From assembly GCA_905618925.1 (NCBI GenBank), contig CAJQTG010000019.1:36430-100429 (forward strand): 64,000 nucleotides of DNA. The letters are read 5' to 3'. Source of the stretch: an uncultured Candidatus Thioglobus sp. (GTDB lineage Bacteria; Pseudomonadota; Gammaproteobacteria; PS1; Pseudothioglobaceae). How positions within the stretch are numbered: the first letter of the stretch is position 1; every line of letters begins with the position of its first letter. The position numbers and the translations under genes are program-made. A model generated the notes under the pieces. It did no database searches, was not told the DNA's origin, and saw only the letters and a program-made list of their open reading frames with translations. Shown here one piece after another: positions 1 to 10,819 of the stretch.

Positions 1-116
1 ACTACCTTGAAACACTTGACTGGAATAAGGCCCCTCCTGCGCCAATTATTCCAGGGTCAATTATGAATAAAACCGCTGAAAAATATAAAGACATTCAATC
101 GATACTATGCAGTTAA
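1..116 (+). CDS. purC: SAICAR synthase, C-terminal fragment (runs off window start)
   Basis: Manual translation [28 protein letters not shown]...CS*, typical PurC C-terminus; TAA at 114-116. Confidence 0.8.
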   Translation, partial: YLETLDWNKAPPAPIIPGSIMNKTAEKYKDIQSILCS

Positions 117-907
117 GTGGTCACATACAAATGATGAACACCTCTCTTGAGGATAGCGCTGCAAGCTATAGCCTTCCTATTGGAGAAAATCTAATAGACA
201 TGAATGCTCTTGTAGGAAAGCATATTGAACTTAAATATAACGACGTAATACTTTGTTCTAATTGCGGAGTGAGAACTAAAAAAAGCTGGTCTGGAGGCTA
301 TTGCTTTCCATGCACGCGGGTTTTAGCTAGATGTGACTTGTGCATCATGAGGCCTGAGACTTGTCACTATTCTGAAGGTACATGTAGAGAGCCTCAATGG
401 GGCCTTAACTACTGTTTTCAACCAACAGTTATTTATCTTGCAAATACATCTAAGCCCAAGGTTGGAATCACCAATAAAAAAAGAGTTTATAGTCGCTGGA
501 TTGAACAAGGGGCAGTTTCTGCGCTACCTATACTTGAGGCAAAGTCACGTTTAGACTCTGGGAAGATTGAGGTTGCATTAAAACAATTTATTGCCGATAA
601 AACAAACTGGCGAAATATGCTTAAAAATGAAGTTGAGCTATCAGATCTTACCTCTCTAAAAGAGACATTACTTGTTGAAATTGCAGGTACGATAAAAGAA
701 ACTGAGGCCATAGTCCTCAGTGATGATGAGGTAAATATAAACTACCCTGTGCTAAAATATCCTACAAAGGTTGTGTCTTTAAACTTTGATAAAACACCTA
801 TCATCTCAGGTGTTCTAGAAGGCATAAAAGGACAATATTTATTGTTAGACAGTGGTGTGCTTAATATAAGAAAATTTAGCTCGTATCACCTTACAATTAG
901 CAGCTAA
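107..907 (+). CDS. DUF2797-family protein (Cys-rich, putative Zn-binding)
   Basis: [41 protein letters not shown] motifs. Confidence 0.75.
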   Translation: MQLSGHIQMMNTSLEDSAASYSLPIGENLIDMNALVGKHIELKYNDVILCSNCGVRTKKSWSGGYCFPCTRVLARCDLCIMRPETCHYSEGTCREPQWGLNYCFQPTVIYLANTSKPKVGITNKKRVYSRWIEQGAVSALPILEAKSRLDSGKIEVALKQFIADKTNWRNMLKNEVELSDLTSLKETLLVEIAGTIKETEAIVLSDDEVNINYPVLKYPTKVVSLNFDKTPIISGVLEGIKGQYLLLDSGVLNIRKFSSYHLTISS

Positions 908-914
908 TGGACTA

Positions 915-1763
915 ATGAAAGTCAATATGATAAATTCTGCCAAACAATTTATAAATCAAAAAAATAAGCGATTAACGCTTCTTGGCATGTCTGGTGTAGG
1001 CAAGACTCATCTTGCTAAACTTATTGGTGAAGAAGGGGGGTGGTACCATTTTTCTGGTGATTATAGAATTGGAGCGACTCATCTTAAAGAAGCCATCATT
1101 AATAATGTAGCTAATAAAATGAAAAATGATTCATGGCTTAAGCCACTTCTAGAAAACAACTCTATAAGTGTTAACAGTCAAGTTACTTTTGATAACTTAG
1201 AGCCAATTTCTGCGTTTCTTGGAAAAGTTGGCAATCCTGAAGAAGGCGGCCTTCCTATTGAGGAGTTTATTCACCGCCAAAGTCTTTTTTTGGAAGCAGA
1301 AAAAAAGACAATGTATGAGGTTCCTCATTTTATTAATCAGTCTTTAAAAGACGGTTACGACCATTTTATTAACGACGCTGGGGGAAGCCTGTGCGAGCTA
1401 GAAGACAGAAAACTTTATCAACTTCTGTCAGAAAAAACACTAATTATTTATATTAAAACAAGCAAGGAAAATGAGCGATTACTTATTGATAGAGCTAAAA
1501 GCCAGCCAAAGCCGATGTACTACAACCCAAAGTTTTTTGAGAAAGCTCTTCATTCCTACTTGAAAGAAAATAGTTTAGCTTACGCAGCTCAAATTAATCC
1601 AAATGCTTTTGTTAGCTGGGTGTTTCCAAAGCTAGTTGCAGATAGGCTTAAAAAATACAGCGCACTTGCCGATGAATACGGCTGCACAATAGAAAGTGAT
1701 GCGCTTCATAAGTGCAGTTCTGCAAAGGACGTCTTAAATTTAATCTCTAGCGCGCTTAAATAA
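915..1763 (+). CDS. P-loop ATPase/kinase-like protein of unknown function
   Basis: Walker A GMSGVGKT, DYRIG, NDAGGSLCE; directly upstream of metA. Confidence 0.7.
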   Translation: MKVNMINSAKQFINQKNKRLTLLGMSGVGKTHLAKLIGEEGGWYHFSGDYRIGATHLKEAIINNVANKMKNDSWLKPLLENNSISVNSQVTFDNLEPISAFLGKVGNPEEGGLPIEEFIHRQSLFLEAEKKTMYEVPHFINQSLKDGYDHFINDAGGSLCELEDRKLYQLLSEKTLIIYIKTSKENERLLIDRAKSQPKPMYYNPKFFEKALHSYLKENSLAYAAQINPNAFVSWVFPKLVADRLKKYSALADEYGCTIESDALHKCSSAKDVLNLISSALK

Positions 1764-1764
1764 C

Positions 1765-2823
1765 ATGCCTCTAATAGCACACTCTAAACTACCTTCATTT
1801 GAGCGTCTTGCAAAACAAGGCGAAACAATTCTTTCTATTGAAAGGGCTCAACATCAAACTATTAGAGAGCTTCATATTGGGTTATTAAATATGATGCCCG
1901 ATTCTGCGCTTGAAGCAACAGAGAGGCAATTTTTTCGATTGATAGGCCATTCAAATCAAATTGCTCAGTTTTATGTCCACCCTTTTTCACTTTCAAGCAT
2001 CAAAAGAGGAAAGCATGCGAGAGCGCACATTGAAGAGCACTATAAAACCTTTGAAGAAATTAAACTTCAAGGGCTTGATGCGCTAATTATTACGGGCGCT
2101 AATGTGACTGATCCAGACCTTCAGCTCGCTCCATTTTATGAACAGCTGAGAGAGGTGGTTGACTGGTCTTATGAAAACGTAACCTCGACCTTGTGCTCTT
2201 GTCTTGCAACCCATGCTGTTTTAGAGTTTAAGTATGGCCAGAAAAGAAGGGCCGTTGGAAAAAAACATTGGGGCGTCTTTCCTCATCAGGTAATTGATAG
2301 AACGCATCCTCTTGTCAAGGGCGTTAACACTCGCTTTAACATACCACACTCACGATTTAATGAGGTCACTGAGTCCCAATTTGAAGAGGCAAAGGCTGTA
2401 GTTTTAGCTAAAAGCCCTATTGGTGTTCACCTTGCTGTCAGTCCTGATCTTTTTAGAATTGTCTTCTTTCAAGGGCACCCTGAGTATGACTCTGTCAGTC
2501 TTTTAAAGGAATATAAGAGAGAGGTTTCACTTTACCTCGAAAAAAGAACCTCAGACTACCCACCATTTCCAAGCAATTATTTATCACTACAAAGTCGCGC
2601 TATTTTGACAGAGTATCGCGCTAGGCTTATAAATAAAACAGCGACTATTAAAGAATTTCCAGAAGAGCTTCTTACAAAAACCCTAGACAACACCTGGCAT
2701 GATAGTGCTAGTGCTATTATTAATAACTGGATTGGCTGTGTTTATCAGGTAACTAATGAAAATATTAGAAAGCCTTTTATGCAGGCTATTGACCCAAATA
2801 ATCCGCTAAACCTAGAGAAGTGA
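1765..2823 (+). CDS. metA: Homoserine O-succinyl/acetyltransferase (MetA family)
   Basis: IGLLNMMPD, ATERQF, LCSCLA catalytic Cys, PHSRFN, QGHPEYD. Confidence 0.92.
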   Translation: MPLIAHSKLPSFERLAKQGETILSIERAQHQTIRELHIGLLNMMPDSALEATERQFFRLIGHSNQIAQFYVHPFSLSSIKRGKHARAHIEEHYKTFEEIKLQGLDALIITGANVTDPDLQLAPFYEQLREVVDWSYENVTSTLCSCLATHAVLEFKYGQKRRAVGKKHWGVFPHQVIDRTHPLVKGVNTRFNIPHSRFNEVTESQFEEAKAVVLAKSPIGVHLAVSPDLFRIVFFQGHPEYDSVSLLKEYKREVSLYLEKRTSDYPPFPSNYLSLQSRAILTEYRARLINKTATIKEFPEELLTKTLDNTWHDSASAIINNWIGCVYQVTNENIRKPFMQAIDPNNPLNLEK

Positions 2824-3851
2824 CGGAGTTAACGAGTGACCTCTTAAATTGGTTTATAAAACATGGCAGAAAAAACCTTCCTTGGCAATCTAGCCCTCCA
2901 AATGGATATCACGTATGGCTATCTGAGGTTATGTTGCAACAAACTCAAGTTAAAACTGTTATTGATTATTTCAACAACTTCATTAAAAAATTTCCAGATA
3001 TAACTTCGCTCGCTAATGCAAGCGAGGATGATGTTTTGGCCGCATGGGCTGGCCTTGGCTACTATAGCCGAGCTCGTAATTTGCATAAAACTGCACAAAT
3101 TACTTTATCTCTTTACGGGGGTATTTTTCCCAAAACCTATTCAGAAGTTATAGCACTTCCTGGGATTGGCAAGTCAACTGCTGGGGCTATTTTGTCTCTT
3201 ACGTTCAACCAGCCACATGCAATCCTTGATGGAAATGTTAAACGCGTCTTGGCTAGGTATCACAGGGTAGAAGGTCATTATAGCTCGAGTAGTGTTATGA
3301 ATGAATTATGGCGGTTTGCAGAACTTCATACTCCTGAAAAACAAAACGCGGAATACACACAAGCAATAATGGATGTTGGGGCTACTGTTTGTACCCCAAG
3401 AAACCCAAACTGTCAAAGCTGCCCTATATCAAAAAATTGTGGCACCTTTATTCATAATCAACAGGACATCTATCCAAATAAAAAGTCTAGAAAAATTAAA
3501 CCCGAACGAAATATCGTATTCTTAATTTATAAAAATGAAAAGGATGAAATTTATCTTAAAAAAAGACCAAACCAAGGAATTTGGGGTGGGCTATGGAGCT
3601 TTGCTGAGTGCTCAGAAAACGAAGCAGAAATAGAAGAGAAAATTATTGGCCACAACCCTAAGGCAAAAATCGTCCAATCACTTACTAAATTCAAACATGC
3701 ATTTAGTCATTACACTCTTTGGATTAATCCAATTATTGTAAGCTCCCCAGGATCGTCTGATAATTACTACAAAACAGATAATATTACTCTTGGCGTTCCC
3801 GCACCAGTTAAAAAAATTATTCATTCGCTTGATTTAATAAACCATCATTAA
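2820..3851 (+). CDS. mutY: A/G-specific adenine glycosylase
   Basis: WLSEVMLQQTQV, GLGYYSRARNL, HhH LPGIGKSTAGA, DGNVKRV, 4Fe-4S Cys motif. Confidence 0.97.
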   Translation: MTELTSDLLNWFIKHGRKNLPWQSSPPNGYHVWLSEVMLQQTQVKTVIDYFNNFIKKFPDITSLANASEDDVLAAWAGLGYYSRARNLHKTAQITLSLYGGIFPKTYSEVIALPGIGKSTAGAILSLTFNQPHAILDGNVKRVLARYHRVEGHYSSSSVMNELWRFAELHTPEKQNAEYTQAIMDVGATVCTPRNPNCQSCPISKNCGTFIHNQQDIYPNKKSRKIKPERNIVFLIYKNEKDEIYLKKRPNQGIWGGLWSFAECSENEAEIEEKIIGHNPKAKIVQSLTKFKHAFSHYTLWINPIIVSSPGSSDNYYKTDNITLGVPAPVKKIIHSLDLINHH

Positions 3852-3869
3852 AGCTGTGAGTAAAATAGC

Positions 3870-4802
3870 ATGATGGAACTAATACGAGGCCTTCATAATC
3901 TTAAACAGCAATCTGGCTGTGTTCTTACCATTGGTAACTTTGATGGCGTTCACGTGGGTCATCAGGAAATACTAAAAAAACTTGTCTCAACTGCAAAAAA
4001 TAAAGGCATTCCATCTCTTGTAATTTCTTTTTCTGTGACACCTGAATCTTTTTTTGGAAGGACAAAGGCAAGACTAAGCAGCTTTAGGGACAAACACCTC
4101 TTTCTCGAGTCACTTGGGATAGACAAGCACCTTTTAATAAGATTTAATAAAACTTTTTCTGAAATAAGCGCAGAGTCTTTTATCAACCAAACTCTGGTTA
4201 ACAAAGTTGGCGTAAAGCATTGCTTCATTGGCGATGATTTTCGTTTTGGTAAGGATCGTCTTGGAGATTTTTCAATGCTTCAAGAGATGTCATCTGAAAA
4301 AGGCTATTTAGTTGATAAGATTAATGGCGTCCATCTTGATGGTCAGAGAATTAGCAGCTCAGCAATACGAAAACTACTTTCCCAGGGGGATTTTAAAAAA
4401 GCTGAAACTTATCTTGGAAGGCCTTTTTCAATAAGTGGCAGGGTTGCTCATGGTGAAAAAATGGGGAGAACAATTGGATTCCCTACAGCAAATATAAGCA
4501 TCAGACGAAAGCTGAGCCCTGTTCTTGGGGTCTATAGTGTACTAGTTAAAATCAATGATATTACATATACTGGGGTCTGTAATATAGGAAAAAGACCAAC
4601 AATAGGCGGCATTAAGGTACTTTTAGAAGTTTTTATTTTTAACTTTAATCAAGAAATTTATGGTGAATACGTGACTGTTATTTTCAAACAAAAATGTAGG
4701 GATGAGTTTAAATTTAATTCATTTGAAGAACTTAAAAATCAAATTAAAAATGATGTTGAAAAAAGTAAAGAGTACTTTAAAAGTATGGACTTTTTAAGTT
4801 AA
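3870..4802 (+). CDS. ribF: Bifunctional riboflavin kinase/FAD synthetase
   Basis: IGNFDGVHVGH, GDDFRFG, ISSSAIR, GRTIGFPTAN. Confidence 0.97.
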   Translation: MMELIRGLHNLKQQSGCVLTIGNFDGVHVGHQEILKKLVSTAKNKGIPSLVISFSVTPESFFGRTKARLSSFRDKHLFLESLGIDKHLLIRFNKTFSEISAESFINQTLVNKVGVKHCFIGDDFRFGKDRLGDFSMLQEMSSEKGYLVDKINGVHLDGQRISSSAIRKLLSQGDFKKAETYLGRPFSISGRVAHGEKMGRTIGFPTANISIRRKLSPVLGVYSVLVKINDITYTGVCNIGKRPTIGGIKVLLEVFIFNFNQEIYGEYVTVIFKQKCRDEFKFNSFEELKNQIKNDVEKSKEYFKSMDFLS

Positions 4803-5831
4803 TAATTTCCAAGAGAGGTCCTTTCCAGCAAAAAAAGGTACCACATGTGAGCCAGAAAAATTATAGCTCTCAGGTATTCGCCAAGTATATTTCCTTAGTG
4901 TAATTTTTTCTTGGTTTCTCGGAAGACCATAAAAGTCAGCACCAAAAAAAGACGCAAACCCCTCTAACTTTTCAATTTTTCCAACCCTATCAAAGGCTTC
5001 GGCATAAAACTCAATGGCTGCATGTGCGCTAAAGATTCCCGCACATCCGCATGATGACTCTTTTTGATGCTTCTCATGGGGCGCCGAATCTGTCCCTAGA
5101 AAAAATTTTGGACTTCCTGAGACTGCTGCTGCTATTAGTGATTCTTGATGCGGCGATTGTCTTTTCAGCACAGGTAAGCAATAAAAATGTGGCTTAATTC
5201 CACCTACAAGCATGTGGTTTCTGTTTGCTAAGAGATGGTGCGGAGTTATTGTTGCCGCTATATTTATTTCACATTCATTTACAAAGTCAACAGCGTCTTT
5301 TGTTGTTATATGCTCAAGAACTATCTTGAGACCAGGGAAGTCTTGAACTAGTTTAGTTAACGTTCTGTCTATATAAACCTTTTCTCTGTCAAAGACATCA
5401 ATATCATTATCAGTTACCTCTCCATGTATCAGAAGAGGTACGCCTTCTTTTTGCATTTGCTCTAAAGCAGGATAGGTGCTTGATAGGTTTGTTACCCCAC
5501 TATCAGAATTAGTTGTGGCTCCTGCAGGATAAAGCTTCACTGCATGAACCTCTTGAGCTTCACTTGCCTCAATTATTTCATTTTTAGTTGTGCTGTCTGT
5601 AAGATAAAGCACCATCAGGGGGTTAAAAGTTGTTTCTATTGGCAAGGCGCTCATGATCTCTTTGCGATAAGCTATTGCTTGAGATACGTTTCTTATCGGT
5701 GGGGATAGGTTTGGCATAATGACCCCCCGGCCCATCTGTAAAGCGCTCATGCCAACAACAGACTTCATTGCAGACCCTCCTCTAAGGTGAAGGTGCCAGT
5801 CGTCCGGCTTAGTGAGCGTTATTTTCTCCAT
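4794..5831 (-). CDS. pyrC: Dihydroorotase
   Basis: PDDWHLHLR, KLYPAGATTNS, FLGTDSAPH. Confidence 0.97.
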   Translation of the reverse strand: MEKITLTKPDDWHLHLRGGSAMKSVVGMSALQMGRGVIMPNLSPPIRNVSQAIAYRKEIMSALPIETTFNPLMVLYLTDSTTKNEIIEASEAQEVHAVKLYPAGATTNSDSGVTNLSSTYPALEQMQKEGVPLLIHGEVTDNDIDVFDREKVYIDRTLTKLVQDFPGLKIVLEHITTKDAVDFVNECEINIAATITPHHLLANRNHMLVGGIKPHFYCLPVLKRQSPHQESLIAAAVSGSPKFFLGTDSAPHEKHQKESSCGCAGIFSAHAAIEFYAEAFDRVGKIEKLEGFASFFGADFYGLPRNQEKITLRKYTWRIPESYNFSGSHVVPFFAGKDLSWKLLT

Positions 5832-5862
5832 TTAGTAAGCATAGCCTCCAAAAAAATAAGTC

Positions 5863-8526
5863 TTATCCATGACATTGTTTATACTTTTTTCCAGAACCAC
5901 AAGGACAGGGATCGTTTCTTCCAACTTTTAACTTGGAGGGCTGCCTAGTGATCCTTGGTCTTCGTGCTATGGGTTTTTTTACCTGATCAGGGCTGGTTTT
6001 TTCTTGGCCTTCCAGCTCGTTAGAAGCTGGGGCAGATTGCGCATTAGCCTGCTCAATATTAAGACTACAAAGCGCCTGAACCATCTCACTATTGATTGTG
6101 TCAAGCAAAACTGTAAACATCGAAAAAGACTCTCGTTTATATTCTTGCACAGGGTTTTTCTGCCCGTACCCTCGCAAATTAACGCTTTGTCTTAACTGGT
6201 CCATTACTGCAAGATGATCCTTCCAATGCTGATCAAGAGCTCGAAGCATAACTGCTTTTTCAAAAGTCCTCATAGTCTCACTGCCTATAGCAGACTCTTT
6301 AGCTTGATGTGAAAGCATAAAGCCTTCCAATATTATTTTTAAAATCTGGTCAACATCTAGACCTTCATCAATACTTTTTTGTATTGGTATATTCGAAGAA
6401 TAATTTAAAGCTAAAGCACCTTCAAGGCCCTCCACATCCCAATCTGCCTCAAGTACTTTTGGAGAAATATATTCAAAAAATAGGTCGCTAATTACGCCGT
6501 CTCTAATGGTCTCATAACGCTCCTTAACATCTTCAGTGCCCATCAACTCATCTCTTAACTGGTAAACCACTTTTCTTTGGTCATTTGCCACGTCGTCATA
6601 CTCAAGAAGGTGTTTTCGCGCGTCATAGTGCATCCCCTCTACTTTCTTTTGTGCATTGGCAATTGTTTTATTCAGCCAACTATGTTCAAGAGCTTCTCCT
6701 TCCTTCATGCCAAGTTTTTTCATCATGGAGGCTGTTTTTTCAGATGCGAATATCTTCATTAAACTGTCTTCAAGTGACAGATAAAATCGCGTTGATCCAA
6801 TATCACCCTGCCTTCCTGATCGTCCACGTAGTTGGTTATCCACCCTTCGTGATTCATTACGTTCTGTACCAATTATATGCAAACCACCTGAGTCTATAAC
6901 GCTTTGATGTTTAGCTTTCCACAACTCTGTTTCAACCTCACTAGCAGCCTCTAATGGCCTTCCTCCTAAAACAATGTCTGTTCCTCTTCCAGCCATATTT
7001 GTTGAAATAGTTACAGCTCCTGGGGCTCCAGCATTTGCAATAATCTCAGCTTCACGTTTGTGCTGCTTGGCATTAAGAACTTCGTGCTTAATTTTATTTT
7101 TTGTCAGAAGAGCGGAAACACTTTCAGAGCTTTCAATGCTGTTTGTTCCAACAAGAACTGGTTGCATAATTTTTTGACACGCCTGAATATCTTTCATAAC
7201 AGCGTCAAGCTTTTCATTCATCGTCCCATAAATTAGGTCTGAGTGATCAACCCTTGAGGAGATTGTATTAGGGGGGACAACAACAACCTCTAGGCCGTAA
7301 ATAGCTTGAAGCTCTGACGCTTCTGTTTCAGCCGTTCCAGTCATTCCTGATAGCTTCTCGTAAAGCCTAAAATAGTTTTGATATGTTATCGACGCCAGTG
7401 TTTGGTTTTCTTTTTTAATACTTACATTTTCCTTTGCCTCTATTGCCTGATGCAGGCCTTCAGACCATCTTCTGCCCTCCATTGTCCTTCCAGTAAACTC
7501 ATCAACAATGACAACCTCGTCATCTTTAACTAGATAGTCAACATTTTTTTTAAACAATATATGGGCTCTTAGCCCTGACAATAAGTGCTGCATCAAAATA
7601 ATATTGCTAGAATCGTATAAGCTTGACTCTGGAGGTAAGGCGCCAGCCTCTATAAGCATGTCTTCAGCTTTAATATGTCCGTCATCAGTAAGAAAAACCT
7701 GTTTATGTTTTTCATCGAGCGTATAGTCCCCTGCAATTAGAACCTCAACCTCCTTACCCTCTCCAACTTCGGTTTGAAGTGTGAAGTTTGGAATCATTTT
7801 ATCTATCGCAATGTAAACCTCAGCGTGATCGCCTGTAGGCCCAGATATAACTAGTGGCGTTCTGGCTTCATCGATTAAGATGGAGTCAACCTCGTCAATA
7901 ATTGCAAAGGCCAGAGCTTTCTGTGTTTTTTGCTCTTGTGAAAAAGCCATATTATCTCTAAGATAGTCAAAACCAAGCTCATTATTTGTTGCGTAAGTGA
8001 TGTCACAAGAATATGCTTTTTGTTTTTCGTCACCAGACATTCCTGAGAAAACCGTTCCAACCGAAAGCCCAAGAAAAGAAAATACTTTTCCCATCCATTC
8101 AGAGTCACGCTTTGCTAAATAGTCATTAACGGTGACAATGTGAACACCCTTTCCAGCAAGTGCATTCAGATAGGCTGGCAATGTTGCAACCAATGTTTTT
8201 CCTTCACCAGTTCCCATTTCCGCAATACTGCCCTCGTTAAGAACCATGCCGCCAATAAGCTGGACATCATAATGCCGCAAACCTAAAACTCTTTGACTTG
8301 CTTCTCTGACAACAGCAAAAGACTCAGCTAAAATGCTTTCCTCGCTCTCTTTATTGCTTAGCCTCTCTTTTAACTTTGCTGTCATTGAGACAAGCTCGTC
8401 ATCACTCATCGAGCGCATCTTTTCTTCCAACGAATTAATTTTGGAAACTTGGCCGTTATACTTTTTTATTAGCCGGTCATTATGAGACCCTAAAACTTTT
8501 GATAAAACATTATTTATAATACTCAT
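5863..8526 (-). CDS. secA: Preprotein translocase ATPase SecA
   Basis: MGTGEGKT, DEVDSILIDEARTPL, TNMAGRGTDI, C-terminal GRNDPCPCGSGKKYKQCHG; start moved to ATG at 8526. Confidence 0.98.
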   Translation of the reverse strand: MSIINNVLSKVLGSHNDRLIKKYNGQVSKINSLEEKMRSMSDDELVSMTAKLKERLSNKESEESILAESFAVVREASQRVLGLRHYDVQLIGGMVLNEGSIAEMGTGEGKTLVATLPAYLNALAGKGVHIVTVNDYLAKRDSEWMGKVFSFLGLSVGTVFSGMSGDEKQKAYSCDITYATNNELGFDYLRDNMAFSQEQKTQKALAFAIIDEVDSILIDEARTPLVISGPTGDHAEVYIAIDKMIPNFTLQTEVGEGKEVEVLIAGDYTLDEKHKQVFLTDDGHIKAEDMLIEAGALPPESSLYDSSNIILMQHLLSGLRAHILFKKNVDYLVKDDEVVIVDEFTGRTMEGRRWSEGLHQAIEAKENVSIKKENQTLASITYQNYFRLYEKLSGMTGTAETEASELQAIYGLEVVVVPPNTISSRVDHSDLIYGTMNEKLDAVMKDIQACQKIMQPVLVGTNSIESSESVSALLTKNKIKHEVLNAKQHKREAEIIANAGAPGAVTISTNMAGRGTDIVLGGRPLEAASEVETELWKAKHQSVIDSGGLHIIGTERNESRRVDNQLRGRSGRQGDIGSTRFYLSLEDSLMKIFASEKTASMMKKLGMKEGEALEHSWLNKTIANAQKKVEGMHYDARKHLLEYDDVANDQRKVVYQLRDELMGTEDVKERYETIRDGVISDLFFEYISPKVLEADWDVEGLEGALALNYSSNIPIQKSIDEGLDVDQILKIILEGFMLSHQAKESAIGSETMRTFEKAVMLRALDQHWKDHLAVMDQLRQSVNLRGYGQKNPVQEYKRESFSMFTVLLDTINSEMVQALCSLNIEQANAQSAPASNELEGQEKTSPDQVKKPIARRPRITRQPSKLKVGRNDPCPCGSGKKYKQCHG

Positions 8527-8573
8527 AGAAGACAAACGAAATTAATTAATAAAACTGGGGTATTTTCTCATAT

Positions 8574-8879
8574 ATGCAAGACAAAACAAAAGGAAACCCT
8601 ACAAATTTTAAAGTTGGCAGCAATCTAAGCTCTTTATTTGAAAAAGCAAAAGAACACAACCACTTAAACGCATTAATTAAGGCGCAGTTCTCTGAACAAT
8701 TTAAAGGCCTTAATCTTTGCTTTTTAGACTCCCAAAGCGTTACCCTTCTTGCTAAAAACTCATCCATAGCCTTCCGAGCTGAAAAACAAAAAACAAAGCT
8801 CCTCTCTTTAATTAAACAAATCGAGGGCCTAACAAATATCAAATCAATCACTATTAAGGTTGATAAAAAAAACTACTAA
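8574..8879 (+). CDS. DciA/DUF721-like protein
   Basis: ~100 aa basic protein divergent from secA; NSSIAFR and C-terminal ITIKV pattern; position typical of DUF721. Confidence 0.55.
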   Translation: MQDKTKGNPTNFKVGSNLSSLFEKAKEHNHLNALIKAQFSEQFKGLNLCFLDSQSVTLLAKNSSIAFRAEKQKTKLLSLIKQIEGLTNIKSITIKVDKKNY

Positions 8880-8966
8880 GCATTTGAGTCATTTTTTGCT
8901 TTTAAATATCAACCATTTACATTATAATAGTGCGGTTTTTCACCTAAATATCATTCGGAATTTTTA

Positions 8967-9584
8967 ATGTCAGAACAGACAATCGACCTAAAGAAAAGAC
9001 GTTTTTTAACCAAAGCTACTAGTGTAGTTGGTGCGGTTGGTGTTGGTTTTGCAGCATGGCCTTTTTTATCAACATGGAAACCGTCGGCCAAAGCTAAAGC
9101 GGCTGGAGCGCCTATAGATGTTGATATTTCTAAATTAGAGGCTGGTCAGCTTGTTCGTGTCTTATGGCGTAAAAAACCTGTGTGGATATTTAAACGTGAT
9201 GAAAAGGCACTAGAGTCTCTTGACTCAGAAGACCTAATTAAAAATCTTGATGATCCAGATGGTACAGGCAACTCTAAAAACCAACAGCCAAATTATGTAA
9301 CATCTAATTTTCGAGCTATCAAAAACAAAGAAAGTGTTGCTGTTATCGTTGGGGTTTGCACGCACTTAGGCTGCTCTCCAACATATAGACCAGAGCCTGG
9401 TGCAGCTGATCTTGGTGGCGACAGTTGGAAAGGTGGTTTTTATTGCCCATGTCACGGCTCTAAGTTTGACCTTGCTGGAAGAGTTTATGCAGGTGTACCT
9501 GCTCCAACTAACCTAGTAATACCTCCGTATCAATACGTCACTGATTCATTGATTCGTATTGGAGTTGACCAACAAAAAACATAA
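8967..9584 (+). CDS. petA: Ubiquinol-cytochrome c reductase Rieske subunit
   Basis: Tat RRFL, CTHLGC, CPCHGS. Confidence 0.97.
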   Translation: MSEQTIDLKKRRFLTKATSVVGAVGVGFAAWPFLSTWKPSAKAKAAGAPIDVDISKLEAGQLVRVLWRKKPVWIFKRDEKALESLDSEDLIKNLDDPDGTGNSKNQQPNYVTSNFRAIKNKESVAVIVGVCTHLGCSPTYRPEPGAADLGGDSWKGGFYCPCHGSKFDLAGRVYAGVPAPTNLVIPPYQYVTDSLIRIGVDQQKT

Positions 9585-9592
9585 GAGAAAAT

Positions 9593-10816
9593 ATGAATAA
9601 TAAACAAAGTTGGATAGACCAAAGATTTCCATTAACTAAAGTTATTAATGAGCATTTAGCAGAATACTACACCCCCAGAAACTTTAATTTTTGGTATTTC
9701 TTTGGCGGCTTAGCAGTGGTGATGCTTATAATGCAGCTGGTTACTGGGATATTCTTAACTATGCACTATAAGCCTGACGCAGAGTATGCTTTTGCCTCAG
9801 TTGAGTATATTATGAGAGACGTTGAATGGGGCTGGTTTATACGCTATATGCATTCGACAGGGGCCTCTGCTTTTTTTGTAATAATTTATCTTCATATGAT
9901 GCGTGCCCTTTTATATGGCTCTTATAAGGGACCGAGGGAATTGATATGGATACTTGGCATGGTGCTATATATTCTTTTATTAGCTGAAGCTTTCATGGGC
10001 TATGTTTTACCTTGGGGGCAAATGTCGTTTTGGGGCGCTCAAGTAATTATTTCACTTTTTGGCTCGGTTCCCATTGTAGGGCCAGATCTATTAGTTTGGA
10101 TTTTGGGTGATTATGCTGTTGGTGATGCAACTCTAAATCGTTTCTTTTCATTACATGTTGTTGTCATTCCACTTATTCTTGTTGTTCTTGTTTTTTTGCA
10201 TATTGTTGCTCTTCACCACGTTGGATCAAACAATCCAGATGGAATTGAAATAAAGAAAAATAAAGATGCAGATGGTATTCCAAAAGATGGAATCCCCTTC
10301 CATCCATACTTCACAATTAAAGATAGTGTTGTTGTTGTTGGATTTTTATGGATATTTTGTGCAGTTGTTTTTTATGCGCCAGCACTAAATGGGTATTTTC
10401 TTGAGGCTCCGAATTTCATCGAGGCTAACCCACTTAAAACTCCAGAACATATTGCACCATTATGGTACTTAACTCCCTATTACTCTGTATTAAGGGCAAT
10501 TCCCCCCCTGTTTGGCTCACAATTTCCTGGAGTATTAGGAATGTTTGCAGCACTTGGGGTGTTTTTCCTCCTTCCTTGGCTAGATAGAAGCCCAGTTAAA
10601 TCAATACGCTATCGAAGCCCAATCTATAAATGGATTCTTGGAGCTTTTGTTGTAAGCTTTATTATGTTAGGCTGGCTTGGTGTTCAACCGGTTACCCCTT
10701 TATATGTTTTACTGGCTCGTATTTTTACGACCTTGTATTTTTCATTTTTTATCTTAATGCCCTGGTTTAGCACTCTTGGAAAAACCAAAGAGGTTCCAGA
10801 GAGGGTTACTGGATAA
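9593..10816 (+). CDS. petB: Cytochrome b
   Basis: RYMHSTGAS, GYVLPWGQMSFWGA, TPEHIAPLWY. Confidence 0.98.
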   Translation: MNNKQSWIDQRFPLTKVINEHLAEYYTPRNFNFWYFFGGLAVVMLIMQLVTGIFLTMHYKPDAEYAFASVEYIMRDVEWGWFIRYMHSTGASAFFVIIYLHMMRALLYGSYKGPRELIWILGMVLYILLLAEAFMGYVLPWGQMSFWGAQVIISLFGSVPIVGPDLLVWILGDYAVGDATLNRFFSLHVVVIPLILVVLVFLHIVALHHVGSNNPDGIEIKKNKDADGIPKDGIPFHPYFTIKDSVVVVGFLWIFCAVVFYAPALNGYFLEAPNFIEANPLKTPEHIAPLWYLTPYYSVLRAIPPLFGSQFPGVLGMFAALGVFFLLPWLDRSPVKSIRYRSPIYKWILGAFVVSFIMLGWLGVQPVTPLYVLLARIFTTLYFSFFILMPWFSTLGKTKEVPERVTG

Positions 10817-10819
10817 TAT

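Noticed and set aside
8546-8851. Minus-strand 101-aa ORF upstream of secA (SecM-like?)
   Set aside because: No signal peptide or arrest motif; it overlaps the more plausible DciA-like gene on the plus strand.
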